Assembly (NCBI GenBank): GCA_018829985.1
Contig: JAHJSU010000251.1
Span: 1-43,247 of the forward strand
Direction: 5' to 3'
Source of the DNA: Elusimicrobiota bacterium
Lineage (GTDB): Bacteria; Elusimicrobiota; Elusimicrobia; Elusimicrobiales; UBA9959
DNA: 43,247 nucleotides
Of this stretch, positions 17,204 through 26,275 are shown piece after piece. The notes beneath the pieces are model-generated. The model saw nothing but the letters and a program-made list of their open reading frames with translations. It had not been told where the DNA came from and ran no database searches. The position numbers and the translations under genes were made by a program. Each line of letters opens with the position of its first letter. The stretch's first letter is position 1.

Positions 17204-18403
17204 TTAGTACAGCATGAAGAAATCGGAATCTTTCTTCTGACCGGGTTCCTGCGCCTTTTTCGGCCGGGCAGGCTCTTTTTTGGCGGGTTTTTTAGCTTTT
17301 TTCTGCGGCGGCGCTTTTTCGTCCTGGTTACGGTAGTGTACGGCCTTTTTATAGTCCCTGATGCGCCAGCCCGCGAATTTATAGCTGAAGGACACCTGCG
17401 AGGAATTGAAGACTTCATTGGCCAGGGACATGGCGAAATCCAGGGCGAAGCCCTCGTGATGCACGCCGACGCCCATGGTCAGGCCTTTATTGTCATCCAC
17501 GGCCTTGTAACCGAGACGCGCGTTGAGAATCTTCTGGAAATGGTATTCAAGTCCGCCCTTGAAATTTTTAAGACCCTCATTGGTATAGATGTCGTATTCC
17601 AGGGCCAGCAGGACGGACTGGTCCATTATGGTGGGCCGCTGCCAGGACAGGCCCAGCCGCATTACGGACGGCAGGGGATAGGTTTCCTTCAGATAGGTCA
17701 TGCCGCCGCCGTAATTTGAAAGAGAAGCGCCGCAGGCGAGCCCGAGCTTAGGTTCCACAAGGAGCCAGCCCGCGTCGAAAGCTATGGCCGAAGCGGAGTA
17801 TGTTTCCAGCAGTTCGGATTTTACGTACTTGGCCGAAAGGCCCAGGTATTGATCTATCCTGGCTTCATAACCTTCGATTTTCATTTCCTGGGAATATACC
17901 CTTTCGCCGTAGCTCAAAGAAAATACTTTTGTGCCTTCGGCGTCCATGCTCCTGGAAAAAATGGTGCCGTCGTCATTTATGCGGCGGTACGTGAAATCAC
18001 CGCTCTGCGAGAATATGGCCGAAACCGCGATGCCGGGTTTGTCAAGGCCGATAAGGCCGTTGATCGGCAGAGGCATGCCAAAACCCAGGAATTGGAGCTT
18101 TGCGTCGGCAAAGCCGGAAAGATACGTCGCCGAAATCTCGGGGAGATAAAGCCGGCCCAGGCCGGCCGGATTATAAGTCACGGAATAAATATCGTCCGCC
18201 ACCGACACGAAACCGCCGCCCATGCCCATGGCCCTGGGGCTGATATCGGTCTTTAAGACCTGGACGGCGGTGGAACCGGGCCCGCCCGCAAAGACAGGGG
18301 CCAGGGGATAGAGGATAGAGGCGAGGGCGAAGACAATAGAAAGCGCTGCGCGAACGCTTTCCCCTCTTCTGTGTTGACTGTTGTTCATATAGCTGCCATG
18401 CAT
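17204..18403 (-). CDS. PorV/PorQ-family (UPF0164-like) outer-membrane beta-barrel protein
   Basis: LKTDISPRAMGMGG.F...ADD....YNPAGL, FDAG, YPLP..MRLG, GGLEY, RLGY, GLTMGVG. Exact start uncertain. Confidence 0.8.
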   Translation of the reverse strand: MHGSYMNNSQHRRGESVRAALSIVFALASILYPLAPVFAGGPGSTAVQVLKTDISPRAMGMGGGFVSVADDIYSVTYNPAGLGRLYLPEISATYLSGFADAKLQFLGFGMPLPINGLIGLDKPGIAVSAIFSQSGDFTYRRINDDGTIFSRSMDAEGTKVFSLSYGERVYSQEMKIEGYEARIDQYLGLSAKYVKSELLETYSASAIAFDAGWLLVEPKLGLACGASLSNYGGGMTYLKETYPLPSVMRLGLSWQRPTIMDQSVLLALEYDIYTNEGLKNFKGGLEYHFQKILNARLGYKAVDDNKGLTMGVGVHHEGFALDFAMSLANEVFNSSQVSFSYKFAGWRIRDYKKAVHYRNQDEKAPPQKKAKKPAKKEPARPKKAQEPGQKKDSDFFMLY

Positions 18404-18414
18404 TTCTGACGCTG

Positions 18415-18451
18415 CCCTAACCCCTATCCCCTAGCCCCTAGCCCCTAGCCT
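18415..18451. repeat. 7-nt tandem repeat (CCCCTAG), single arm
   Basis: ccctaacccctatcccctagcccctagcccctagcc. Confidence 0.7.
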
Positions 18452-21400
18452 CTATCTCACCACCGCTATCTTCTCCACCGTGTTCAGGCCCGCGCCGGAT
18501 ACTTTCAGGAAATAGATGCCGCTGGCCGCTTTGGCGCCGTTATTATTGGTCCCGTCCCAGTCGACGGTGCCTTTGCCCGCCGGCACGGGGCCGTCGTAGA
18601 CCGTTTTTACCAGCGTGCCGGCTACGGTATATATTTTTATGGACAAAGACCCGGCCGATTGTACGTCATATTTTATTATGGACCTTGAGTTGGCCCCCGT
18701 TATGATGTTATTGTAAGCCGTCGCGGCGGATTTATTGGTGGAAAGATTTATGGCGTTTGAAACGCCCATTGACATGATCTTACCCAGATGATTGCGGCCG
18801 AATATTTCAAGATAGACCGTTCCGACGCCCGGATAGCGGCTGGCGAAACCCGGTTTAAGTTTTACCTTGCCGGTGAGGACATCGCGCAAATTCTCCGTTG
18901 TGTAGAGCAGGGTGCCGACGAGCAGTTCAAGATAACTGCCGGCCAGGTTGGTCCTGGCCAGGGCCAGCGGAACGTAGTTGTGATCGCGCAACTGGGCGTA
19001 TTCAAACGCCGTTTCCGCCCCCGGCGGGATGTCCACGGTCGGGGAAGACGGGTGAAGCGCCATCGGGGCCTTAAGATACGGCACGGTAAAACTTATCGTG
19101 TCATTATCGTAAACGGGTGTGGCTACTACCGCGGTCGCGGAACCCCTGGGCGTATAGGAAAGGTTCAGCCTGTACGGAACCTGGGAACTGGCCTGGGAAT
19201 TGCCGCCGTATTGATTAAGCGCGCCCGCGACCACCAGGTAATAGCGGCCCGCCGCGGTAATATTATAGTCAAGCGTAACGCCGGACTTTTCCGTATAGCA
19301 GTCGCCGTAATCGGGGCAGGCGTAGTCCACGGGCGCGCAATCCGTGACATGATTCCTTAAAGCATCAAAAAGGAACAGGGAGTAGGCGTGGTAGCGGTAA
19401 GGATCGCTCGCGGGCAGGTCCAGGCGCGCGGAGAAGTTGCCGGCCGCCAGCGGTATCGAATAATAATCCGTATCGCCCATCGGCGAAATGGTGGCCGAAA
19501 GAGAAGACATGGTGCTTATATCGGTGGCCGATTCCGGGCCGTTATTTCCCTCAAAGGCGTCGCCGCCGGCCTGTATGCCCGCTATGCCGTGCACGGTAAA
19601 GGCGGTGGTTATCTTATTCTTCATGGCCGCGTCGCAGCCGGGCAGCTGTTTGCAGGCCTCGAGCATGGCGTCATAGAAATTGGCGAAATTATCCGGAAAA
19701 TAAAACAGCGAGACATAAGCGTACACGTCTGACCGGGGCAGATCCGCAAAAGTGCCTGAAGTGAACTTGCCGAGGTCCGTGCTGGTCGTCGGTGTGGTGC
19801 TGTTTTTTAACGCCCATAAGGCCTGGGATAAGATCAGGCTGTCGTCGTGCACTTCCCCGGTCCAGTTCGCAGGCATGACCCTTACGCCGGACGGCGCGCC
19901 GCCCGACAGATTGCGGGCGGAGGAATCCCCGCCGGCGACGAAATTACCGGAAATGTCCGGCAGGTTGTTTATGCCTATACTAAGCCCGTCGCGCCGGAAA
20001 GACGCCAGGGAAAAATAATCCGCCATCGCCTCGGAAACAGCCCCGAATTCGCCGAAATTGATGACAGGATAGATCCGGTTGACTACCAGATGCGTGTATT
20101 CATGACGGACAATGGTGCCGTCCAGCGCGAAAGAGTGGTAATTGCCGGATGTGTTCATCTGGCCGTCGCCGAAGACGATATTGTCGCTTTCCGAGTCGTA
20201 CCAGGCGTTAAGCATTCCGCCGACGCAATCCCCGCCGCTGATGTCGAGCGGCGGGCAGACATCGTCCGCGTCGCCGTGCGCGTGCACCATTACCGATACC
20301 TGTTTTGAAAGGTCGGCCGCCGCTGCGCCGCCGTTGTTCGGGTCTTTATTCACCATGCCGAAATAATCGCGCATTTTGGTCAAATGGTAGAAAGCGTTTA
20401 CTTCGTCCAGAGCGTTTTCCACGCCCATGCTCGTGTCCAGCATTCCCGCGGTTGCGGTGGACCAGACGACGGAGCCGGTGAGATTATCGCTGGCGCCCGG
20501 CAGGTCTTTCAGCACCAGGTATCTTGAGCTGTTAACGGAAAAGCCGTTATAGACGCCGCTTTCATCGGTCTTGAGATTAATGCTGTATGCAGGGCCTTCA
20601 ACCGCCGCGCCATAGAACGGTTTGGTCCTTAGGCCTATATAATTACCCACTGCTTCACCCGCCGCGTTTTTGATGGTAAGCTGATCCCCGTCGGTTATCG
20701 TGCCCCAGATATCGAGCCCCCCCACCTGGAATGGATTGAGGGCGGAAGCGGCGAAGTACGGCATCACCTTGGCAAAAGTATATCCGGGGTCTGTCCAGGT
20801 ATCGGGAATAGTCACTTCATAGGCAGGATACGTATACGAATTTTCATACGGGTGCGGGCTTTGTTTCGAGGTGGGGTCATCAGACCAGACCCCGCCGCCG
20901 TTGTCGAAATGGGCGCTTTGGCCCCTGAAATTGGTAACGGCGAAATACGGGCCTTTAAGCGAGGCGAACACCTTGCCTTCTACAGCGCCGCTATATGAGC
21001 CATCGTTCGCGGTGGTGACCCTGGTGGCGGGGTCATAGCTTCTTATCCAGACATACTGGTCCTTTATGGATTTTGAAACCGGTTTGGTCCAATAAGGGGC
21101 GTCCTCTGTTACTCCGGCCGGCCAGGGCGAGATCTCATAGACCGTGCCGGTGACCGTGCCGGCAGCGTTTGCATAGCGCAAATCGTTGTATTTAAAAAGA
21201 ATGCCGCCGTTTGAGGCGTTCACATAATAGATCCAGACGCCGCTGGCCGTATCCGCCGCCCTGACCTTAAGCTTCCAGGCCAGTTTCAAGGCGCCGTCCG
21301 CGTCAGCATCCGGAAATATTACCAGCTCCGGTTTCTCAGCCCTGGCCTTAAAGCCGGAGTCGGCTGACGCGGCTCCGGCGGCGGCCGCGGCCGCAATGGC

Positions 21401-21952
21401 AGGCAGTACGGCGATATTTATATCCGGCTCAAATTTGGACTGGCAGCCCGTCACCTCGCCGGAGGCGTTGACGTGCACCCTGACATAGGCGAATTCAACC
21501 GGCAGGGAATTGTAGAGCTGGGCATACTGCAGGTGGGTTACGCCCATAAAGGTCCTGGAGAGCGCGAGCTTAAGCTGGGAGACGTCCACTTTGAACAGGT
21601 TTTTATTATCGTTTAAAAAAGCCAGAGCGGCGGCCTCGGGGCCGCCCGGATATTTACGCGTTTTCCCGCCCACCACGGCTTCGGGGAGGGCGGTTTTCGG
21701 ATTATAACGCACGCGCCAGGCGGAATTGCCGGTTTTTGAAACGAATTTCCGGAAAGCTTCCCGGGCGGAGCGATCAGGCGTTTTGTTCACTTTCCGGAGC
21801 GAATCGGACAACGGCGAGATTCTGCGCGCGCTTTTATTGCGCGGCCCGGCCGCAAAGACAGGGTAGAGGGTAGAGGGTATAGGGGAGAGGGTAAAGGCAA
21901 ACAGACATGTTAAGATAAAAGCGCGTTTTCTGTTACACTTTACGGTATTCAT
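18452..21952 (-). CDS. Secreted M4/M36-type zinc metalloprotease with propeptide, PPC-like domain and C-terminal FlgD-Ig/T9SS-like sorting domain
   Basis: Signal peptide; FTP/PepSY-like HLQYAQLYNSLPV...LAW...YYVNASNG; NAWY, HEYTH, GAVSEAMADYF, EVH; DAFEGNN...GDTDYY; tail IKIYTVAGTLVKT...WDGTN..G..AASGIYF....EKIAVVR. Confidence 0.88.
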   Translation of the reverse strand: MNTVKCNRKRAFILTCLFAFTLSPIPSTLYPVFAAGPRNKSARRISPLSDSLRKVNKTPDRSAREAFRKFVSKTGNSAWRVRYNPKTALPEAVVGGKTRKYPGGPEAAALAFLNDNKNLFKVDVSQLKLALSRTFMGVTHLQYAQLYNSLPVEFAYVRVHVNASGEVTGCQSKFEPDINIAVLPAIAAAAAAGAASADSGFKARAEKPELVIFPDADADGALKLAWKLKVRAADTASGVWIYYVNASNGGILFKYNDLRYANAAGTVTGTVYEISPWPAGVTEDAPYWTKPVSKSIKDQYVWIRSYDPATRVTTANDGSYSGAVEGKVFASLKGPYFAVTNFRGQSAHFDNGGGVWSDDPTSKQSPHPYENSYTYPAYEVTIPDTWTDPGYTFAKVMPYFAASALNPFQVGGLDIWGTITDGDQLTIKNAAGEAVGNYIGLRTKPFYGAAVEGPAYSINLKTDESGVYNGFSVNSSRYLVLKDLPGASDNLTGSVVWSTATAGMLDTSMGVENALDEVNAFYHLTKMRDYFGMVNKDPNNGGAAAADLSKQVSVMVHAHGDADDVCPPLDISGGDCVGGMLNAWYDSESDNIVFGDGQMNTSGNYHSFALDGTIVRHEYTHLVVNRIYPVINFGEFGAVSEAMADYFSLASFRRDGLSIGINNLPDISGNFVAGGDSSARNLSGGAPSGVRVMPANWTGEVHDDSLILSQALWALKNSTTPTTSTDLGKFTSGTFADLPRSDVYAYVSLFYFPDNFANFYDAMLEACKQLPGCDAAMKNKITTAFTVHGIAGIQAGGDAFEGNNGPESATDISTMSSLSATISPMGDTDYYSIPLAAGNFSARLDLPASDPYRYHAYSLFLFDALRNHVTDCAPVDYACPDYGDCYTEKSGVTLDYNITAAGRYYLVVAGALNQYGGNSQASSQVPYRLNLSYTPRGSATAVVATPVYDNDTISFTVPYLKAPMALHPSSPTVDIPPGAETAFEYAQLRDHNYVPLALARTNLAGSYLELLVGTLLYTTENLRDVLTGKVKLKPGFASRYPGVGTVYLEIFGRNHLGKIMSMGVSNAINLSTNKSAATAYNNIITGANSRSIIKYDVQSAGSLSIKIYTVAGTLVKTVYDGPVPAGKGTVDWDGTNNNGAKAASGIYFLKVSGAGLNTVEKIAVVR

Positions 21953-21969
21953 AGAATCAACCCTGTTCC

Positions 21970-22077
21970 GTAACTACTCAGCCACTAAGACACCAAGGCA
22001 CAAAGAAAGTTTATGGATCAAACGGTTTGTTGTCTGATTTCCTTCGTGTCTTTGTGACTTTGTGGCCGAGTAGTAAC
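21970..22077 (+). mobile_element. GTAAC-TIR MITE, cargo type A, 108 bp
   Basis: GTAACTACTCAGCC...GGCCGAGTAGTAAC with perfect TSD CCTGTTCC (21962-69 / 22078-85). Confidence 0.95.
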
Positions 22078-22091
22078 CCTGTTCCGCATGT

Positions 22092-22130
22092 CTATTCTCA
22101 CTATTCACTAACCACTATTCACTAATCACT
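22092..22130. repeat. 7-nt tandem repeat (CACTATT/CACTAAC), single arm
   Basis: ctcactattcactaaccactattcactaatcact. Confidence 0.6.
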
Positions 22131-23409
22131 GCCCTTTGCCGCTCTGTGTCTGTTGTCTGGCGAATCTTTTTAATATCTGCAGGGCCGCGGCCAGTCTCAC
22201 ATTTACGCTGGAATCGCTTAAAGCATCCCGCAGGTATGGCTTGACTTCAGCTTCAGCCATGCTTTCAAGCACTTTCAAGGCTTCGGTTTTCACGTCCGGG
22301 TTGGCGGAGGCGAAAGCCCGGTCAAGCAGGTCCTTGTCCGGCGCCTGGCCCCCGCTCATAAGTCCTTTGAGCATCGCGATTTTCAGATTTAAATCGGTTG
22401 TCTCGCCGTATATTTCCTTCAGTTTTTCAAAAGCTTTTTTATTCCGTATGGCGCTTAAAACCCCTACCGCTTTGAATCGGATGGAGGGGTTCGCGTCATC
22501 CGCGAGCTTCAGCAGTTCCGCTATCGCATCCTTCCTGGCGTCCATGCATTTCAGGGCGTCAAGCGCCGCTATTTTAACGCGGCTGGACGTCTCTTTCATA
22601 AGCAGGGCGCCAAGCGGTTTCACGGCGCGGGAATTGCAGATCCTGGCGAACACTTTTACGCTCGCATACCTTATTGCTTCGTCCTCGCTTTCCAGCGCGT
22701 ACAGGAACTGCGCCATCTCGCCGGAGTAACCAAGCCTGGAAAGCTCCCTGGCCGCCACATCCCGGATGGAACCGTAAGCATCGTTCTTAAGCTTGAAAAG
22801 GAACTCCGACGCTTTTTCCCCTTTTATCCGCGCGTACGCCTCTATAGCGTGCTCGCGTATTTTGTTCTGGGAAATTATTTTAAGCTCGACCAGCGCGGTA
22901 TTTCCCACGGGGCCCTGCGCCGGCACATCGTTGATAATGGAGTAAATGATACGCAGTCCGCCCGTCTCTCCCAGTTTCCACAGCGACTCGGCCGCCGCGA
23001 TGCGCGTATGCTTGTCCGGGTCCGCGAGCAGTTTTTTCAAGAGGCCCGCGGCGGCCTTATTGCCCGTCCGGCCCAGAACCCCGGCCGCCAGCGCCCTGAT
23101 ATCGGAATCCGGACTTTTGACATATGTCACCGCGGTTTCAAGCGCCTTGCGCCCCAGGTCCCGATTGGATATCTCCTGGGCGCCGAGGCCTGCCTGCGCC
23201 GCAAGCGTCGCGGCGGGCAGGGGCCCCGCCATAAAAAAGGCTATGACCAGAACCGGCCACAAACTGTGGGTAAATTCCCCGGGAAGGGGTCCCGCCAAAA
23301 GCCGCAATTGCCCGCCTGCCAAATGTCCGAACCAGCGCAAGTTGACCATTTGGCGGGCAGGCAGCCCAAAAGTAGTTTTTGCGGCCAGTTCTAAAGCTTT
23401 CCCCTGCAT
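22126..23409 (-). CDS. HEAT-repeat (PBS-lyase-like) protein, probably exported; true start likely downstream of 23409
   Basis: Repeated L.D.D..VR.AAA.AL..LG motifs. A hydrophobic signal-like segment at residues ~50-70 follows a hairpin repeat at 23311-23361. Confidence 0.82.
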   Translation of the reverse strand: MQGKALELAAKTTFGLPARQMVNLRWFGHLAGGQLRLLAGPLPGEFTHSLWPVLVIAFFMAGPLPAATLAAQAGLGAQEISNRDLGRKALETAVTYVKSPDSDIRALAAGVLGRTGNKAAAGLLKKLLADPDKHTRIAAAESLWKLGETGGLRIIYSIINDVPAQGPVGNTALVELKIISQNKIREHAIEAYARIKGEKASEFLFKLKNDAYGSIRDVAARELSRLGYSGEMAQFLYALESEDEAIRYASVKVFARICNSRAVKPLGALLMKETSSRVKIAALDALKCMDARKDAIAELLKLADDANPSIRFKAVGVLSAIRNKKAFEKLKEIYGETTDLNLKIAMLKGLMSGGQAPDKDLLDRAFASANPDVKTEALKVLESMAEAEVKPYLRDALSDSSVNVRLAAALQILKRFARQQTQSGKGQ

Positions 23410-23470
23410 ATGTATAGCATCTACTATATGTTTGTCAATAACATTAAGGATTAATTACGAAAATGTTGCG

Positions 23471-23544
23471 CGCCCCCTGCAGGACTCGAACCTGCAACCT
23501 ACTGCTCCGAAGGCAGCCGCTCTATCCAGTTGAGCTAAGGGGGC
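23471..23544 (-). tRNA. tRNA-Arg (anticodon UCG), CCA not encoded
   Basis: Reverse complement GCCCCCTTAGCTCAACTGGATAGAGCGGCTGCCTTCGGAGCAGTAGGTTGCAGGTTCGAGTCCTGCAGGGGGCG folds into a full cloverleaf with loop CT-TCG-GA. Confidence 0.96.
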
Positions 23545-23549
23545 AAAAA

Positions 23550-23733
23550 CCGAAAATTGCGGTTAACGTCTCCCCCCCAAGTTTTGAGGGTAGCCATAGC
23601 AATTTTCGGAAGGCTAAAGGATAAAGGCTTAAGGATAAAGGAAAAACACTGGAAGCCAAAGAGATTATTCCGCCCTTTAGCCTTTATCCCTCATCCTTTA
23701 GCCTTCCCGAAAAATTCAACTAAATTTTTCGGG
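23550..23733. repeat. P1 (38-nt insert) + 7-nt periodic palindrome + P2
   Basis: CCGAAAATTGC-N38-GCAATTTTCGG, AAGGCTA/AAGGATA arms, CCCGAAAAATTCAACTAAATTTTTCGGG. Confidence 0.8.
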
Positions 23734-23816
23734 TTAGCTGCCGCTTGTGAAAGAGCTTGTATTATTATAGAATTTATTTTATCAGCCGGGTAATTTAAGT
23801 TCAGGACGCCGTTACC

Positions 23817-24041
23817 CCGAAAATTGCAGTTGGAGTCGTTTTTACAGAGAAACCAATGGATTGAAATATCTATGGCAATTTTCGGAAGGCTGAAGGATGA
23901 GGGATGAAGGATGAGGTAAAAAGCGATTCGGAAACAAGGATTGTTTTCTCCTCCCTTCCGCCAAACAACCGGCGGACCCGCCAGCTTGTTAGGCGGGCAG
24001 CCCTCATACCTCATCCCTCCGAATTCCAACTAAGGAATTCG
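23817..24041. repeat. P1 (47-nt insert) + 7-nt periodic palindrome + P2 variant, with internal GGCGGA-type hairpin
   Basis: CCGAAAATTGC-N47-GCAATTTTCGG; gaaggatgagggatgaaggatgagg ... ccctcatacctcatccctc; CGAATTCCAACTAAGGAATTCG; tccgccaaacaaccggcgga at 23957. Confidence 0.72.
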
Positions 24042-24057
24042 ACTTAAGGAGCCGACT

Positions 24058-24810
24058 ATGGGTGGACATTCTCACTGGGCGGGAATAAAGCATAAAAAGG
24101 CCATCACCGACGCGAAGAAAGGTAAAATCTTCACCAAGATCATCAAAGAAATAGCCATAGCCGCCAAAATAAGCGGGGGCAAACCGGAGGAAAATCCGCG
24201 CCTGCGCAAGGCCATGGAAGACGCCAGGAACGCCAATATGCCCATCGACAACGTGAAGCGCGCCATCATGCGCGGCACGGGCCAGCTGCCGGGCGTGAGC
24301 TATGAAGAGATAATGTACGAGGGTTACGGCCCCGGCGGCATCGCGGTCCTGGTGGAAGTCACCACCGACAACCGGAACAGGGTATTCAGCGAAATACGCA
24401 AGATCTTTGAAGTCTCCGGCGGAAACCTGGGCAGCACCGGCTGCGTGGCCTGGATGTTCAAGCCGAAAGGCTGTATTACCGTTAAAAAAGCCGCCGCCAG
24501 GGAAGAGGAGCTGATGACGCTCGCCCTTGATGCCGGCGCCGAGGATTTTAAGTCGCCGGACGGCTCCGATGAGTACGAAATCATCACCGCGCCCGCGGAC
24601 TTTGACACCGTCAGGAAAAAGCTGGAGGAGCGCAAGATCCCGATAGTCCAGGCGGAACTCGCGATGCTGGCCGAGAACGAGGTCAATGTGGGAGTAGACA
24701 AGGCCCAGCAGGTCGTGAACCTGATGAACGCCCTGGAAGACCACGACGATGTGCAGAAAGTGCACTCTAACTTCAACATTCCGGATTCTATTCTGGCCAA
24801 GCTGGAATAA
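24058..24810 (+). CDS. yebC: YebC/PmpR-family DNA-binding regulator / translation factor
   Basis: MGGHSHWAGIKHKK..D.KKGKIFTK, NPRLR, YEGYGPGG, TDNRNR, LEDHDDVQKVHSN. Confidence 0.97.
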   Translation: MGGHSHWAGIKHKKAITDAKKGKIFTKIIKEIAIAAKISGGKPEENPRLRKAMEDARNANMPIDNVKRAIMRGTGQLPGVSYEEIMYEGYGPGGIAVLVEVTTDNRNRVFSEIRKIFEVSGGNLGSTGCVAWMFKPKGCITVKKAAAREEELMTLALDAGAEDFKSPDGSDEYEIITAPADFDTVRKKLEERKIPIVQAELAMLAENEVNVGVDKAQQVVNLMNALEDHDDVQKVHSNFNIPDSILAKLE

Positions 24811-24814
24811 AAAC

Positions 24815-24892
24815 AGGGTATAGGGTAGAGGGGATAGGGTATAGTGAAGAGGGTAGGAACTCCTTAACCCTTTACCCTAACCCCTATACCCT
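24815..24892. repeat. Periodic palindrome (7-nt AGGGTAT units)
   Basis: agggtatagggtagaggggatagggtatag ... accctttaccctaacccctataccctg. Confidence 0.8.
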
Positions 24893-24903
24893 GCGTTAAA
24901 CTT

Positions 24904-25437
24904 ATGAAAATATTCGGCATTGACCCCGGGCTCGACAGGACCGGCTGGGCTGTCGTTGAAAAAACCGGAAGCGGTCCCCTGAAACTTGCCGCCTCGGGTC
25001 TGATCCATACTGAAAAAGGGAAAAACCTGGGAAAAAGGCTTCTTGAAATATTCGACGCTATAACGGCGGAAATGCGGCGTTCGGCGCCGGATGAGATTTC
25101 CATAGAGGAAGCGTTCTTTTCCAAGCGCGCGGACACCCAGGCCAATACCACCCACGCCAGGGGAGTGATACTGCTCGCCTGCGAGAAAATGGGCCTGAGG
25201 ATAAACGCTTACAATCCGAAGACCATAAAAGCGAACTTGAGCGGCAACGGCAACGCGGACAAAAGGCAGATGCAGCGGATAGTGCAGCTCCTCCTGAATC
25301 TGAAAGAAATCCCGAAGCCCGACGACGTGGCTGACGCCATGGCCGCCGCCGTCTGCCACATAAGGCTGGGCCCTTTCCGGGCGGCTATGGCAAAAGCCGG
25401 CAGCAAAATGCGAGTAAGGATGAAAGATGAGGGATGA
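24904..25437 (+). CDS. ruvC: Crossover junction endodeoxyribonuclease RuvC
   Basis: GIDPG..RTGW, SIEEAFF, HARGV, GNGNADKRQM, PDDVADAMAAAVCH. Confidence 0.96.
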   Translation: MKIFGIDPGLDRTGWAVVEKTGSGPLKLAASGLIHTEKGKNLGKRLLEIFDAITAEMRRSAPDEISIEEAFFSKRADTQANTTHARGVILLACEKMGLRINAYNPKTIKANLSGNGNADKRQMQRIVQLLLNLKEIPKPDDVADAMAAAVCHIRLGPFRAAMAKAGSKMRVRMKDEG

Positions 25438-25512
25438 AGGATGAGGCAAAAGACGATGAAAAACAAAAATTATTTTTTCATCCCTCATCCCTCCGTCCGC
25501 CTGAGGCGGACG
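25417..25512. repeat. 7-nt periodic palindrome followed by GTCCGCC-type hairpin
   Basis: aggatgaaagatgagggatgaaggatgagg ... tcatccctcatccctc + CGTCCGCCTGAGGCGGACG. Confidence 0.72.
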
Positions 25513-25520
25513 AGTTATTT

Positions 25521-26138
25521 ATGATCGCTTATCTCAAAGGGAAACTGATCGTTAAATCGGAAGACCGCGCGGTCATAGAGACCGGCGGCATAGGGTATGA
25601 AGTGTTTTTCTGCGCCGAGTCCCTTAAGTCCATGGGGGCTCAGGGAACCGAGACGACGGCGTTCATAGCGGAATCCGTCAGCATGTACGGCGGCACCTCT
25701 CTTTACGGTTTTTTGAGCGCCGAGGAAAAAAACCTGTTCGAGCTTTTCCGGGAAGCCGTGCCCAATACCGGCGCGAAAAAGGCTCTCGACTACCTGGGAA
25801 AGGCCCTCAAATCCCTGCCCGATTTTAAACAGTCCGTCATAAAGAACGATCTCAAGCTTCTGGTCACCATATTCGGCTTTACGGCAAAAACGGCGGAGAA
25901 GCTCATTGCGGCGCTGAAGTACAAAATGCCTGATTTTGAAACTTCCGGCGAGGAAAAGATCCGCCGCGCGTGGAAATCCGGCGCTTACGCCCAGGTGCTG
26001 AGCGCGCTTGCCACGCTCGGTTTTAAGGCGGGAGAGGCCAAAGCGGCGCTTGACGCGGCCGAGGCTGAAGACCCGGCAGGCCCGGAGAACGCGGAACAAC
26101 TGTTAAAAAGGACGCTGAAGCGGCTCTCGCCGAAATAA
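25521..26138 (+). CDS. ruvA: Holliday junction branch migration protein RuvA
   Basis: MIAYLKGKL, GGIGYEV, LYGF...EEK.LF, HhH GAKKAL / GFTAKTAEKL, ALATLGF. Start placed at ATG 25521 (upstream extension is repeat-derived). Confidence 0.94.
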   Translation: MIAYLKGKLIVKSEDRAVIETGGIGYEVFFCAESLKSMGAQGTETTAFIAESVSMYGGTSLYGFLSAEEKNLFELFREAVPNTGAKKALDYLGKALKSLPDFKQSVIKNDLKLLVTIFGFTAKTAEKLIAALKYKMPDFETSGEEKIRRAWKSGAYAQVLSALATLGFKAGEAKAALDAAEAEDPAGPENAEQLLKRTLKRLSPK

Positions 26139-26143
26139 CGGAG

Positions 26144-26238
26144 AGGGTTTAAGGGGTTTAGGGTCTTAGGGTTTTAGGGTAAAAAAATTCACCTTTACCC
26201 TTAGCCCCTCAAACCCTTAACACCTTAAACCCTAAACT
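26144..26238. repeat. Periodic palindrome (8-nt AGGGTTTA-like units)
   Basis: agggtttaaggggtttagggtcttagggttttagggt ... acccttagcccctcaaacccttaacaccttaaaccct. Confidence 0.8.
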
Positions 26239-26275
26239 CCAGACGAATATTAATGGCTCTGAACTCTGCTTCCTT

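Noticed and set aside
23471-23544. tRNA as an integration site of a genomic island
   Set aside because: No integrase and no duplicated tRNA 3' end seen in the window.
23557-24029. 78-aa and 112-aa ORFs between the tRNA and yebC
   Set aside because: They are translations of heptamer/palindrome repeats (LKDKG, LHPSS patterns) with no SD or family motif.
25434-25520. 29-aa N-terminal extension of RuvA
   Set aside because: Repeat-derived. The canonical MIAYLKG start is at 25521, although use of the upstream ATG coupled to the ruvC stop cannot be fully excluded.
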